The position numbers and the translations under genes are program-made. Of a DNA stretch of 64,000 nucleotides, positions 25,731-35,281 are shown piece after piece. Numbering within the stretch: position 1 is the stretch's first letter; every line of letters starts with the position of its first letter. Source of the DNA: Candidatus Eiseniibacteriota bacterium (GTDB taxonomy: Bacteria > Eisenbacteria > RBG-16-71-46 > DASYSL01); assembly GCA_031431875.1 (NCBI GenBank), contig JANPEF010000008.1, positions 2,284 to 66,283 on the forward strand. The letters are read 5' to 3'. Below the pieces are notes generated by a model. The model saw only the letters and a list, made by a program, of their open reading frames with translations, was not told the DNA's origin and did not search any database.

Positions 25731-28321
25731 ACCGCATCCTCGAGCGCTTCGAGTTTCCGCTGCCGCGCCTGGCGATGGGGGCCGCGCTGCTGGCGCTCTT
25801 CGGCGCGGTCGTCGCGGGGGCGCCGCTGCCCGGCTTCGTGCGGCTCACGGTGGCGGTGCTCACGCTGTCGTTCTGGCCCGGTGCGATGTTGTGGCGCTTC
25901 TTCCTGGTCGAGCACGAGGTCGAGTGGCCGGGACGCGTCGCGATCGCGTTTGCGCTGGGCCTGGGGATGGCGTGCGCGATCAACGTCGCCGCCGCCTGGT
26001 GGGGGTTCGATCCCGGCGTGGTCCTGTGGGTGCTGCCGGCGATCGGCGTCGCGCTGGCCTGCATGCGGCCCGCGCGTCCGGTCGAGGCGGCGGCACCGCG
26101 CGGCATGCTGCCGTGGTCGCTGCTCGCCGTCGTCGCCGTCGCCACGGCGCTTGTGGTGGGGACGCTCGGCGCGCCGCTGATGACCGACACGGACTCGCCG
26201 GATCACATCGCGACCGTGCGGCGCATTGCCGACACACGCGTCGTGCTTCCCGGCGACGCGTTCTTCGCCGATGCGGGCCTGTACGGCGCCGATCCGCGGA
26301 AGGGCGTGTATCACGCCTGGATCGCCTCGGTCGTGCGCGCCTCGCACGTCGACCCGGTCGACGCCTGGCGCTGGCTGCCAATCCTGTTCATTCCCACGTT
26401 CCTGCTCGCCGTCGCGGCGTTCACCTACAAGCTGACGGGCTCGCGCATGTCGGCGCTGCTCGCGGCCGTCCTGTTCCCGCTGATCTACGGCGGGGGGCTG
26501 GGCGGCACCGAGCTGCGCGAGACGGTCTATTCGACGCGCATCGGCGAGATGGTCGCGATCCTCGCGGCGGCCTGCCTGGTGCGCTTCATCGAGCGCGGCG
26601 GGCGGCGGCGGCTGGCGCTGTTCGTCGCGGTGGGCTGGACCGCGATCGCCGTGCACTTGTGGATCGTCCTCTACTTCGCGGTCGCCTTCGGCGTGTACGC
26701 GCTGGGGACGCTCGTCGTGCAGCGCTCGTGGCGGACGCTCGGGCGCTTCGCGGCGGCGGCTGCAGCGCTCGCGGTCCCCGCGCTGCCGTACCTCATGTGG
26801 CGCAAGGGCCAGGCCTACGGGCCGCAGAACGAGATCCACACCGAGCCGCAGGGCCTCTTCTACCTCGACGCGCACCGCTTCACGGTCGACCCGCAGGCGA
26901 TCTGGACCTGGTCGGGGGTGTGGCTGCTCGTGGCACTCGCCGCGGCGCCGTGGTTCTGGTCGCGTCGCCGCGAGTCGACCGGAGCGATCTACCTGGCGCT
27001 CGTGCCGTGGGCGGTCGTTCTCGTCGTGCTCAATCCGTTCGTGCTGCCGCTGGCGCACCGAACGCTCGGCTACCTGGTGATGCGGCTGATCTGGATCGTG
27101 CCTGTCATCCCCGCAGTCGCCACCGTGCTGACCGCCGTCGCCGAGGTCGCGCTGCGCGGCGCCGGGCGGGCGCGGGCGTGGGCGCTCGTGGGGTCCGCCG
27201 CGGCGCTGCTCGTGCTGGCGCCGGCGCTGGGCCAGGCCGTGTCGAACTTGACCGACCGGGGGCTGCTGCATTCGCTCGAGGCCGAGCGCGGGCCCGCGTC
27301 GTGGATGGACCTGCTCACGTGGCTGCGCGACGAGTACCCGCGACCGCGCGTGCTGCTGGCCGACCCGGCGACATCGTACTCGATCCCCGCCTACACCGGA
27401 CACCAGGTGACGGCGTACCTGGACCAGCACAGCTCGCCGAACGATCCGCGCGGGCTGACGCGCATCCTCGACGCGCGCGACGTGCTGTCGCCGTCGGTCG
27501 ACCTGCGCACGACGCTCACCCTGTTGCGCGCGTACGGCGCCGACGCGGTCGTGGTCAACCAGCGTTTCGTGCGGCCGATCGCGTTCGACTACTGGTCGGT
27601 CGAGCCCCGCCTGTATGCGGCGACGCGCGCCAAGTTCGAGGAACACCCGGAGTGGTTCCGGCCCGTGTTCGCCGAGCGAGGCGCCTGGGTGTTCGAGCTC
27701 ACCGATTCCGCGCGTCACGGCGCGCTGCCGGCTCCGGCCGAGATGCCGCGGCCCGTGCTGACGGCGACCGAGCGCGAGAGCACGCTGGCGACCGTGACCC
27801 CGCTCGCCGACGGCCTGTTCCTGCAGTACGGCACCACGAGCGATCGCCCGGTGTACGCGCCGGGGGACACCATCCAGTTGGTCACCCACTGGGCCCTGAC
27901 CCCGGGCCAGGTGGCCCGGCCGGGCAGCTACACGGTGTACGTGCGCCTCGACGGCGCTGAGCCGCGCGGGCCGCTCTACTCGGACCGGTGGCAGAAGCCG
28001 TATCGCAAGGCGCTCGAGCGCACGAGCGGGCAGAAGTGGCGCGCCCGCGAGTCGCACCGGCCGCTCAACGGCGTGTTCGCGCCCGACCGCTGGCGCACGG
28101 GGGAGATCGTGGCCGATTCGTCCACGTTCGGCGTGCCGCGCGAGCTGGCCCCCGGCGAGTACGAGGTGCGCGTGCGCATGGTGCGCATGCCGCACTACCC
28201 GAACACTCGCCTGCGCGACTACCTCAGCGACGACGACCTGTTCAACGGACCGGTGGTCGGTCGCGTGCGGATCGAGTCGCCGACGGACTCGGACCCGGGA
28301 TCGAGGGAGACTGCGCCATGA
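25727..28321 (+). CDS. large polytopic membrane protein, paralog B (putative GT-C-like), with ~300-aa C-terminal extracytoplasmic domain
   Basis: 864 aa from ATG 25727 (ATGA overlap); MNRILERFEFPLPRLAMGAALLALFG…. Asp-rich first loop …MTDTDSPDHIATVRRIADTRVVLPGDAFFADAGLYGADPRKGVYHAW…. The ORF-track start 25580 is an extension. Confidence 0.6.
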   Translation: MNRILERFEFPLPRLAMGAALLALFGAVVAGAPLPGFVRLTVAVLTLSFWPGAMLWRFFLVEHEVEWPGRVAIAFALGLGMACAINVAAAWWGFDPGVVLWVLPAIGVALACMRPARPVEAAAPRGMLPWSLLAVVAVATALVVGTLGAPLMTDTDSPDHIATVRRIADTRVVLPGDAFFADAGLYGADPRKGVYHAWIASVVRASHVDPVDAWRWLPILFIPTFLLAVAAFTYKLTGSRMSALLAAVLFPLIYGGGLGGTELRETVYSTRIGEMVAILAAACLVRFIERGGRRRLALFVAVGWTAIAVHLWIVLYFAVAFGVYALGTLVVQRSWRTLGRFAAAAAALAVPALPYLMWRKGQAYGPQNEIHTEPQGLFYLDAHRFTVDPQAIWTWSGVWLLVALAAAPWFWSRRRESTGAIYLALVPWAVVLVVLNPFVLPLAHRTLGYLVMRLIWIVPVIPAVATVLTAVAEVALRGAGRARAWALVGSAAALLVLAPALGQAVSNLTDRGLLHSLEAERGPASWMDLLTWLRDEYPRPRVLLADPATSYSIPAYTGHQVTAYLDQHSSPNDPRGLTRILDARDVLSPSVDLRTTLTLLRAYGADAVVVNQRFVRPIAFDYWSVEPRLYAATRAKFEEHPEWFRPVFAERGAWVFELTDSARHGALPAPAEMPRPVLTATERESTLATVTPLADGLFLQYGTTSDRPVYAPGDTIQLVTHWALTPGQVARPGSYTVYVRLDGAEPRGPLYSDRWQKPYRKALERTSGQKWRARESHRPLNGVFAPDRWRTGEIVADSSTFGVPRELAPGEYEVRVRMVRMPHYPNTRLRDYLSDDDLFNGPVVGRVRIESPTDSDPGSRETAP

Positions 28322-29448
28322 CGGCTTCCACGCCAGAGCCGCGGCGAATCCTGCTCATTATCCACGCCATGTCCGCCGGGGGCGCGGAGCGCGTCTGCAG
28401 CGTGCTCGCCAATGCGTGGGCGGCGCGCGGGGACGTGGTCACCATCGCCACCCTGTCCGCGCCGGGTGAGCCGTCGTTCTTCCCGCTCGACGCCGCCGTG
28501 ACGCAGGTCTCGCTCGGCGCGGATGGCGACCCGGGTCCGGCGTTGCGGGCCCTCGGCGCCGTGGGGCGCAATGTCGCCCGCATCCGGGCGATCCGACGCG
28601 CCATGCGCGACGCCCGGCCGGACATCGCCCTCTCGTTCATGGATGTGACGAACGTCCTGACCATCATCGCGTCCCAGGGGACCGGGATTCCAGTGATCGC
28701 CACGGAGCACATCGATCCGTCCCAGCACGACATTGGGGCGTTGTGGACAACCCTGCGGCGTCGTGCCTATTCGCACGTCGCGCGCCTCGCCGTCCTGAGT
28801 GATCGAGCACTCGACTACTTCCCCGCGGACATTCGCCGTCGCTCCATCGTCATGCCGAACCCGATCGGGCTCCCGCCCGCCCGGCAACAGGCGTCGTGCA
28901 GCGGGCGGGGGAACGCACGAACGGTGGTCGCGATGGGCCGCATGACGTCGCAGAAGGGCTTCGACCTCCTGCTCGATGCGTTCGCCCTGGTCGCCGGCGC
29001 CCACCCCGAGTGGTCGCTCGAGATCTGGGGGGAGGGGCCGCTTCGCGCGGAGCTCGAGCTACGGGCCCAGGCGCCGGACCTTGCGGGGAGAGTTCGATTT
29101 CCGGGGACGACGAACGATGCCTACGGCGTCCTCCGCGCGGCGGACCTGTACGTCCTCTCGTCCCGCTACGAAGGATTCCCCATGGTTCTCTGCGAGGCGA
29201 TGGCCAGCGGGCTTCCCGTGATCAGCTTCGACTGCCGGACGGGACCACGGGAGATCATCCGCGATGGCGTCGATGGAGTGCTCGTGCCACCCGAGGACGT
29301 GGGCGGACTGGCTGCGCAACTGAATCGACTCATGGCCGACGCGAGGTCGCGTGACGATCTGGCGCGGCGCGCTCCAGAGATCTGCGATCGGTTCGGAGTG
29401 ACCCGCGTGCTCGCCCGGTGGGACGACCTCTTCCAGGAGATTCTCTGA
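28318..29448 (+). CDS. GT4 glycosyltransferase
   Basis: 376 aa from ATG 28318 (ATGA overlap); MTASTPEPRRILLIIHAMSAGGAERV…. GT-B C-terminal motif …EGFPMVLCEAMASGLPVISFD…. Confidence 0.85.
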   Translation: MTASTPEPRRILLIIHAMSAGGAERVCSVLANAWAARGDVVTIATLSAPGEPSFFPLDAAVTQVSLGADGDPGPALRALGAVGRNVARIRAIRRAMRDARPDIALSFMDVTNVLTIIASQGTGIPVIATEHIDPSQHDIGALWTTLRRRAYSHVARLAVLSDRALDYFPADIRRRSIVMPNPIGLPPARQQASCSGRGNARTVVAMGRMTSQKGFDLLLDAFALVAGAHPEWSLEIWGEGPLRAELELRAQAPDLAGRVRFPGTTNDAYGVLRAADLYVLSSRYEGFPMVLCEAMASGLPVISFDCRTGPREIIRDGVDGVLVPPEDVGGLAAQLNRLMADARSRDDLARRAPEICDRFGVTRVLARWDDLFQEIL

Positions 29449-29449
29449 C

Positions 29450-31417
29450 ATGTGTGGTATCGCGGGGATCTACCACTATGCGAACGGGCGCTCGGTCGAT
29501 CACGACCTGCTGCTCGCCATGCGGGACCGCCTCACCCATCGCGGGCCGGATGACGCGGGGCTTCGCATCGAGGGGCCGATTGGGCTCGCCCAGCGCCGGC
29601 TGTCCATCGTCGACCTGTCGGAGGCGGGGCGGAACCCGCTGGCGAACGAGGACGACACGCGCTGGATCACGTTCAATGGAGAGGTCTACAACGTGCTCGC
29701 GCGGCGCTCCGAGCTCGAGGCCAGGGGCCACCGCTTCCGCAGTCGCACCGACACCGAGATGGTCCTCCACCTGTACGAGGAATACGGCGACGAGGTGGTT
29801 CATGAGCTGAGCGGAATGTTCGCATTCGCGTTGTGGGACGGACCGCGGAAGCGCCTGCTCGTGGTGCGCGATCGCATGGGCAAGAAGCCGTTGTATTGGC
29901 GCGCCGACGGCGGATCGTTCGCGTTCGCCTCGGAGATGAAGGCGCTGCTGGCGGATCCGACCCTGTCCCGCACGGTCGATCCGCGCGCGTTGCAGGCGTA
30001 CCTCACGCTTCAGTACGTGCCGTCGCCCGACTCGATCCTGCAGGGAGTGCGGAAGCTGCCGCCGGGGCACCTGCTGATCGTCACGCCCGATGGCGTGGAG
30101 GAACGGCGCTGGTGGACTCCGCCCACCGACGAGAAGATCGAGCGCACCGACGCCTCGGCAGCGGGGGAGTTGCGTGGCCTGCTCGAGACCGCAGTCGAAC
30201 GCCGCTTCATGAGCGATGTACCGCTGGGCGCATTCCTCTCCGGCGGGATCGATTCATCCATCGTGTGTGCCCTGATGGCACGTCGGATGGATCGCCCGGT
30301 GAAGACCTTCACGATCGGCTTCGAAGGGGCGCCCGAGGACGAGCGCGCGCATGCGCGCATCGTGGCGCGTCATCTCGGCGCCGAGCACCACGAGTTTGTC
30401 GTGCGGCCCGACGCCCTGTCCATCCTGCCGTGGCTGGTGTGGCACATGGACGAACCGCTGGCCGACTCGTCGACGCTGCCCACCTGGGCGGTGAGCGAGA
30501 TGGCGCGCCAGCACGTCACCGTTGTTCTCTCCGGCGACGGGGGCGACGAGACCTTTGCCGGCTACGAGACGTACCGCTCGGCCGCGGCCTACACGCGGGC
30601 CGATCGCATTCCGGCGCCGCTGCGGAAACTTGCCTCCGGCGCCGCCGCGGCACTGGGGTCGGCGGTCAATCCGGCCTGGGCGCGTCGCTTCGTCCGGCTG
30701 GCCCAGGATCCACTCGAACGCTATCTCAGCTTCGTGGCGATCGCAGGCCCTGCCGAGGTGGCGGGCGTGCTGGCGCCCGACGTGCGCGCCTCGCTCGCCG
30801 CCGCCGATCCGTTCGCGCGCCTGCGGCCGCATGTCGCGGGCCTTGATCCGCGTGATCCGCAGACCCTGCTTCATCTCGACCTGACCACGTACATGACGGA
30901 CGACGTGCTCGCCAAGGTCGATCGGATGAGCATGGCGCATGCGCTCGAAGTGCGCGTTCCCCTGCTCGACACGGACGTCGTGGAGTTCGCTTCACGCCTG
31001 CCCTACGGCCAGAAGTTCCGGGACGGCACGTCGAAGTGGCTGCTCAAGCGCGTGGCCGCCGACCTGCTGCCGCCGTCGATCCTGGCGCGCGGCAAGCAGG
31101 GCTTCGCTGTGCCGCTCGAGCGCTGGTTCGGGGGCCGCTTCGACAGCTTTGTGGACGCGACCCTTTCGCGGGACGCGATCGTCCGCCGCGGCCTGTTCGA
31201 CCCGGACGGCGTCGCGCGCCTGACGCAGCGTGCCCTCGGTCGCGCCCCGGGAGGACGACCAGGTCGGCCAGATCACGTCGCCGGCAGGCTTCTGTGGGCC
31301 CTGATCGTCTTCGAGCTCTGGGCGGGCAGGTTTCTTGACCACGCGGGCGTGGCGCCGCCCGGGACCCGGCCGCGCCTCACCGGGGCCGAGGTCACGACCC
31401 CGGCAGGTGTCGTATGA
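29450..31417 (+). CDS. asnB: asparagine synthetase (glutamine-hydrolysing)-family amidotransferase
   Basis: 655 aa. MCGIAGI N-terminal Cys2 nucleophile (class II GATase). …SGGIDSS… PP-loop. Starts 1 nt after the GT4 stop. Confidence 0.9.
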   Translation: MCGIAGIYHYANGRSVDHDLLLAMRDRLTHRGPDDAGLRIEGPIGLAQRRLSIVDLSEAGRNPLANEDDTRWITFNGEVYNVLARRSELEARGHRFRSRTDTEMVLHLYEEYGDEVVHELSGMFAFALWDGPRKRLLVVRDRMGKKPLYWRADGGSFAFASEMKALLADPTLSRTVDPRALQAYLTLQYVPSPDSILQGVRKLPPGHLLIVTPDGVEERRWWTPPTDEKIERTDASAAGELRGLLETAVERRFMSDVPLGAFLSGGIDSSIVCALMARRMDRPVKTFTIGFEGAPEDERAHARIVARHLGAEHHEFVVRPDALSILPWLVWHMDEPLADSSTLPTWAVSEMARQHVTVVLSGDGGDETFAGYETYRSAAAYTRADRIPAPLRKLASGAAAALGSAVNPAWARRFVRLAQDPLERYLSFVAIAGPAEVAGVLAPDVRASLAAADPFARLRPHVAGLDPRDPQTLLHLDLTTYMTDDVLAKVDRMSMAHALEVRVPLLDTDVVEFASRLPYGQKFRDGTSKWLLKRVAADLLPPSILARGKQGFAVPLERWFGGRFDSFVDATLSRDAIVRRGLFDPDGVARLTQRALGRAPGGRPGRPDHVAGRLLWALIVFELWAGRFLDHAGVAPPGTRPRLTGAEVTTPAGVV

Positions 31418-31456
31418 GCCGCAAGCGGCACTCCTATCTGCAAGTGGGAACGGCAC

Positions 31457-31485
31457 TTGCGTGCACAGTCTGTCTCCGCTAGAAT
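31457..31485 (+). promoter_or_regulatory. sigma70-like internal promoter candidate
   Basis: TTGCGT (31457-31462), 17-nt spacer, TAGAAT (31480-31485). Lies in the 125-nt gap between asnB and the double-GT4 gene. Confidence 0.3.
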
Positions 31486-31541
31486 GGACGGGCTATGACC
31501 GACCCCCGCTTCGTGGCCCTCCCGTCCCGGGTGTGGTCCGC

Positions 31542-33812
31542 ATGAACATCACCATCCTGATCGGGCGGTTCCCGCCGCACGACGTCGGGGGCGCCGAGCG
31601 TCAGGCCGACCGCCTGGCCGCCGCGCTCGCAGCGCGAGGTCACGGCGTGACGGTGCTCACCCGGCGCTGGTCGGGTCGGCCGGCGCACGGGGAGCGCGAC
31701 GGGTTCACCATCGTGCGCACGCCCGTCGTCCTGGCCGGGCCGGCGCGCAGCGGGCTCGACGCGGCGACGACGCTCGGGGCGCTGCGTGCGCTGTCGCCCC
31801 GCCCCGACGTGGTGCTCGCGTTCCAGACCTACGTCAGCGGCACGATCGCCGGCCTGGCGGATGTGGCGCTGGGAATCCCTTCGGTCGTCTGGGTGCGCGG
31901 CGAGAACGAGTACCGCTTCGACCGGCTGCCGCACCTCTATGCTCCGTCGAAGTTCGCCTGGAGCCAGGCGCGGCGCGTCCTCGTCCAGAGCCGGGCGCAC
32001 CGCGAGGGCATGCTCGCGCAGATCGCGCTGCGCAACCCGCTGCTCTCCGAGCGCATCGCGACGCGCGTCGACGTGCTGGGCAACGGCGTCGAGCTCCCCG
32101 CCGAGGCGGTGACTGGCGGCACCGACTGGCTGTACGTGGGTCGCCTGATCGAGCACAAGGGCGTGGATGTCCTGCTGCATGCGCTCGCCCGGGCGCACGG
32201 CACGGCGGCGGATCGACCCTTGTGGGTCGTCGGCGACGGTCCCGCCCGCGCGGAACTCGAGGCGCAGGCGAAGCAGATGGGGCTCGACGTGCGCTTCGTC
32301 GGCTTCGCCGCGCGGTCGGAACTTCCAGGCTACTGGGAGAAGGCGGCGGCGATCGTCCTGCCCTCGACCCAGGGCGAGGGACTTCCCAACGCATTGCTCG
32401 AGGCGATGGCGGCCGGCGTGCCACCGGTGGCCACGGCCCTGCCGGGCGTCGAGGAACTGGTCCGGGGCGTGGGCCGCATCGTTCCCGTCGGGGACGCCGC
32501 GAGCCTTGCCGGGGCGCTGGCCGAGCTGACCGAGCCCAGCGAGCGGCGGCGACTCGCCTTCGGTGCGCGCGCGCGCGCGGCCACGATGTCGTTCGAGGCG
32601 ATCGCGGCACAGCTCGAGGGCGTGTTGACGGAAGCGATCCGACCGGCGCCGCGCGTCTGGCTGGTCTCGCCGGATCCGGGCTCGCGCGGCGGCGTGGCAG
32701 CCGTGGCGCGGCAGATGGTCGTCTCGCCGCTGTCGCGCCACGTCCGGCTCTCGATGTTCCCGACGTACCGCGCCGGCTCGGTCCTCGGGCGCCTGTACCG
32801 CGGGGGCCTCGGCATCGGTGCGATCGCCGTTGGACTGGCGCTGCGCAAGCCCGATCTCATCCACATCAAGGTCGCCTCGCGCGGCTCGTTCGCTCGCAAG
32901 CTCGTGGTGTCCTCGCTGGCCCGGCTGCGCGGCGTACCGGTCCTGGTCCACGTGCACGGCGGCGGCTTCGACCAGTTCGTCGCCCGGTCGCCGGCGATGG
33001 TTCGCGCGCTCGCGCGGTGGTTGCTCGAGTCGACGCCGCAGGTGCTCTCCCTCTCCGAGCGCTGGGCGGAAAAACTGCGGCCGCTGTTCCCGAACGCACA
33101 CATCGCCGTGCTGGCGAACCCGGTCGAGGTGTCGCGGTTTGCCGCCGTCGCGCAGCAGCGCTTCGATGCGCTCGACCGGGGCGAGGCGCTGCCGCCGCCC
33201 TTGACCGCGCTCTTTCTCGGCGAGGTGCTCGAGCGCAAGGGGATCTACGACCTGATCGCGGCCTGGCGAGACGTCGTGCGCGACGTGCCCGGTGCGCGGC
33301 TGATCCTTGCCGGAACCGGTGAACTCGAGCGCGCGCGCGCCGCGGCCGAGGCTGCGGGCGTCTCGCCCCTGGTCGACCTTCCCGGATGGATCGGCTTCTC
33401 CGACAAGCTCCGGGCCATGGCGCAGGCCAGCCTGTTCGTGCTGCCGTCCTACACCGAGGGCGTGCCGATCAGCCTGCTCGAGGCGATGGCGGCGGGGCTC
33501 CCCTCGGTGGTCACGCCCGTCGGCGGCGTGCTCGATGCCGTGACCGACGGGCAGGAGGCGTTGATCGTGGCCCCGGGCGATCGCGACGCCCTGGCGCGCG
33601 CCATCGTCCAGGTCCTGCGCACACCCGAGCTGGGGCGCGCGCTCGGCGCGACGGCGCGCCGGCGCACGGCGGACTTCGATGTGGTCGTGTACGCGGAGCG
33701 CCTGGAGAGGATCTATCACTCGATCCTCGCGGCGCGATCCAGGACGTCGCAGGACGGGACCGGGGTCGCGACGGCTGCCGCCGGCGGCATGCCCGCAAAG
33801 GCCGCGCGATGA
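31542..33812 (+). CDS. tandem double-domain GT4 glycosyltransferase (two fused GT-B units)
   Basis: 756 aa from ATG 31542 (MNITILIGRFPPHDVGGAER…). Two successive GT4 C-terminal motifs (…EGLPNALLEAMAAGVPPVATA… and …EGVPISLLEAMAAGLPSVVTP…). The ORF-track start 31335 is an extension. Confidence 0.8.
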   Translation: MNITILIGRFPPHDVGGAERQADRLAAALAARGHGVTVLTRRWSGRPAHGERDGFTIVRTPVVLAGPARSGLDAATTLGALRALSPRPDVVLAFQTYVSGTIAGLADVALGIPSVVWVRGENEYRFDRLPHLYAPSKFAWSQARRVLVQSRAHREGMLAQIALRNPLLSERIATRVDVLGNGVELPAEAVTGGTDWLYVGRLIEHKGVDVLLHALARAHGTAADRPLWVVGDGPARAELEAQAKQMGLDVRFVGFAARSELPGYWEKAAAIVLPSTQGEGLPNALLEAMAAGVPPVATALPGVEELVRGVGRIVPVGDAASLAGALAELTEPSERRRLAFGARARAATMSFEAIAAQLEGVLTEAIRPAPRVWLVSPDPGSRGGVAAVARQMVVSPLSRHVRLSMFPTYRAGSVLGRLYRGGLGIGAIAVGLALRKPDLIHIKVASRGSFARKLVVSSLARLRGVPVLVHVHGGGFDQFVARSPAMVRALARWLLESTPQVLSLSERWAEKLRPLFPNAHIAVLANPVEVSRFAAVAQQRFDALDRGEALPPPLTALFLGEVLERKGIYDLIAAWRDVVRDVPGARLILAGTGELERARAAAEAAGVSPLVDLPGWIGFSDKLRAMAQASLFVLPSYTEGVPISLLEAMAAGLPSVVTPVGGVLDAVTDGQEALIVAPGDRDALARAIVQVLRTPELGRALGATARRRTADFDVVVYAERLERIYHSILAARSRTSQDGTGVATAAAGGMPAKAAR

Positions 33813-35281
33813 GCCTTGCCACCGAGGCGCGGCTCCTCCTCGAGCGACTTCCGCCCGGTGCCCGCGAGGCGCTCGAGGGGACGGTCTCGTTCGTGCCGCG
33901 GCCGCTGCTCTACGGCGCGACGTTTCGTGCGACGTGGGACGCGCTGGCCGCCAGCGATCGCCGCTCCGGCGCCGAGTTGCAGGCGGCGCAGGACGAGCGG
34001 GTCCGCGACCTGGTCTCCTACGCGTACGCCCGGGTTCCCTACTACCGGCGGGTGATGGACGAGCGCGGCGTGCGTCCGGAGCACATCGCGCATGCCCGGG
34101 ACCTCGTGCTCCTGCCGACGGTCGACCGACACACCCTGATCGAGCACGGCGACGAAATGGTCGCCCGCGGAGTGCCGGCGGCGGGCCGCCAGGTCGTGGC
34201 GACCAGCGGGACGTCGGGCACGCCCCTGCGCCTGTGGATCGACCGCGATCGTTCGGCGAAGGAGTGGGCGTTCATGACGGGCCAGTGGGCGCGCGTCGGC
34301 TACCGGCCCGGGATGCGCCGAGCCGTCCTCCGCGGCGTCCACATCAAGGGAGCCGAACACGGTCGAGTGCACGAATGGCATCCGCTGCTGGACGAGCTGG
34401 TGCTCTCGACCTTCCTGCTCTCGCCGGCCACGCTCCCGCGCTACGTCGAACTGCTGGAGCACTATCGCCCGGACTTCCTCCATGCCTATCCGTCGTCGGC
34501 CGAGATGCTGGCCCGGCTGCTGGGGGAGCTTCCGCCGGCGCGGCGCCCGCGCTTCAAGGCGCTTCTCCTCGGTTCGGAAAACCTGTACCCGGCGCAGCGG
34601 GAACACCTCGAGCGGGCGTTCGACTGCCCCGTGCTCGCATGGTACGGCCACAGCGAGAAATGCCTGATGGGGGCCGGCTGCGATCGCTCGAACGACTATC
34701 ACATGCTCCCCGACTACGGCGTGCTCGAGCTGGTGGACGATGCGGGCCAACCCGTTGACCCCGGCGAAACGGGAACCATCGTCGGCACGGGCTTCCTCAA
34801 TCGCGTGATGCCGTTCCTCCGTTATGCGACGGACGATCGCGGGACGCTGGCGCCCGACTCGACGACATTCCCGGGCGTGGACACCGCGCCCTGCGCGTGC
34901 GGCCGGGCGTATCCTCGCCTGACCATGATCGAGGGGCGGTGGCTCGGGGAGCGCCTGTTCGGCGGTCGCGGCGAGGTCTTCGCGATGACCGCGATCAACT
35001 CGCACTCCGACGCGTTCCAGCACGTGGCGCGCTTCCGCGTGCGGCAGGAGCGACCCGGCGAGGCGACCGTGCTGGTCGTGCCCGGCCCGGGATTCGGCCC
35101 CGCGGACTCCGCCGCCATCGTCGCGGCCTACGGCAAGAGCGCCGCGGGCGCGGTCCGCTTCGCCGTCGAGATCACCCCCGACCTTCCCCTCAGCGGGCGC
35201 GGCAAGTTCATGCTCGTCGAACAACTCATTCCCGAACCGGTTCAGCAGGCCCTCGTCCAGGGCCGTGGCGAGGTGGCATGA
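33809..35281 (+). CDS. phenylacetate-CoA-ligase-like adenylate-forming enzyme (PaaK/CapK/F390-synthetase family)
   Basis: 490 aa from ATG 33809 (ATGA overlap); MSLATEARLLLERLPPGAREALEGTVSFV…. AMP-binding motif …VVATSGTSGTPLRLW…. Confidence 0.8.
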   Translation: MSLATEARLLLERLPPGAREALEGTVSFVPRPLLYGATFRATWDALAASDRRSGAELQAAQDERVRDLVSYAYARVPYYRRVMDERGVRPEHIAHARDLVLLPTVDRHTLIEHGDEMVARGVPAAGRQVVATSGTSGTPLRLWIDRDRSAKEWAFMTGQWARVGYRPGMRRAVLRGVHIKGAEHGRVHEWHPLLDELVLSTFLLSPATLPRYVELLEHYRPDFLHAYPSSAEMLARLLGELPPARRPRFKALLLGSENLYPAQREHLERAFDCPVLAWYGHSEKCLMGAGCDRSNDYHMLPDYGVLELVDDAGQPVDPGETGTIVGTGFLNRVMPFLRYATDDRGTLAPDSTTFPGVDTAPCACGRAYPRLTMIEGRWLGERLFGGRGEVFAMTAINSHSDAFQHVARFRVRQERPGEATVLVVPGPGFGPADSAAIVAAYGKSAAGAVRFAVEITPDLPLSGRGKFMLVEQLIPEPVQQALVQGRGEVA

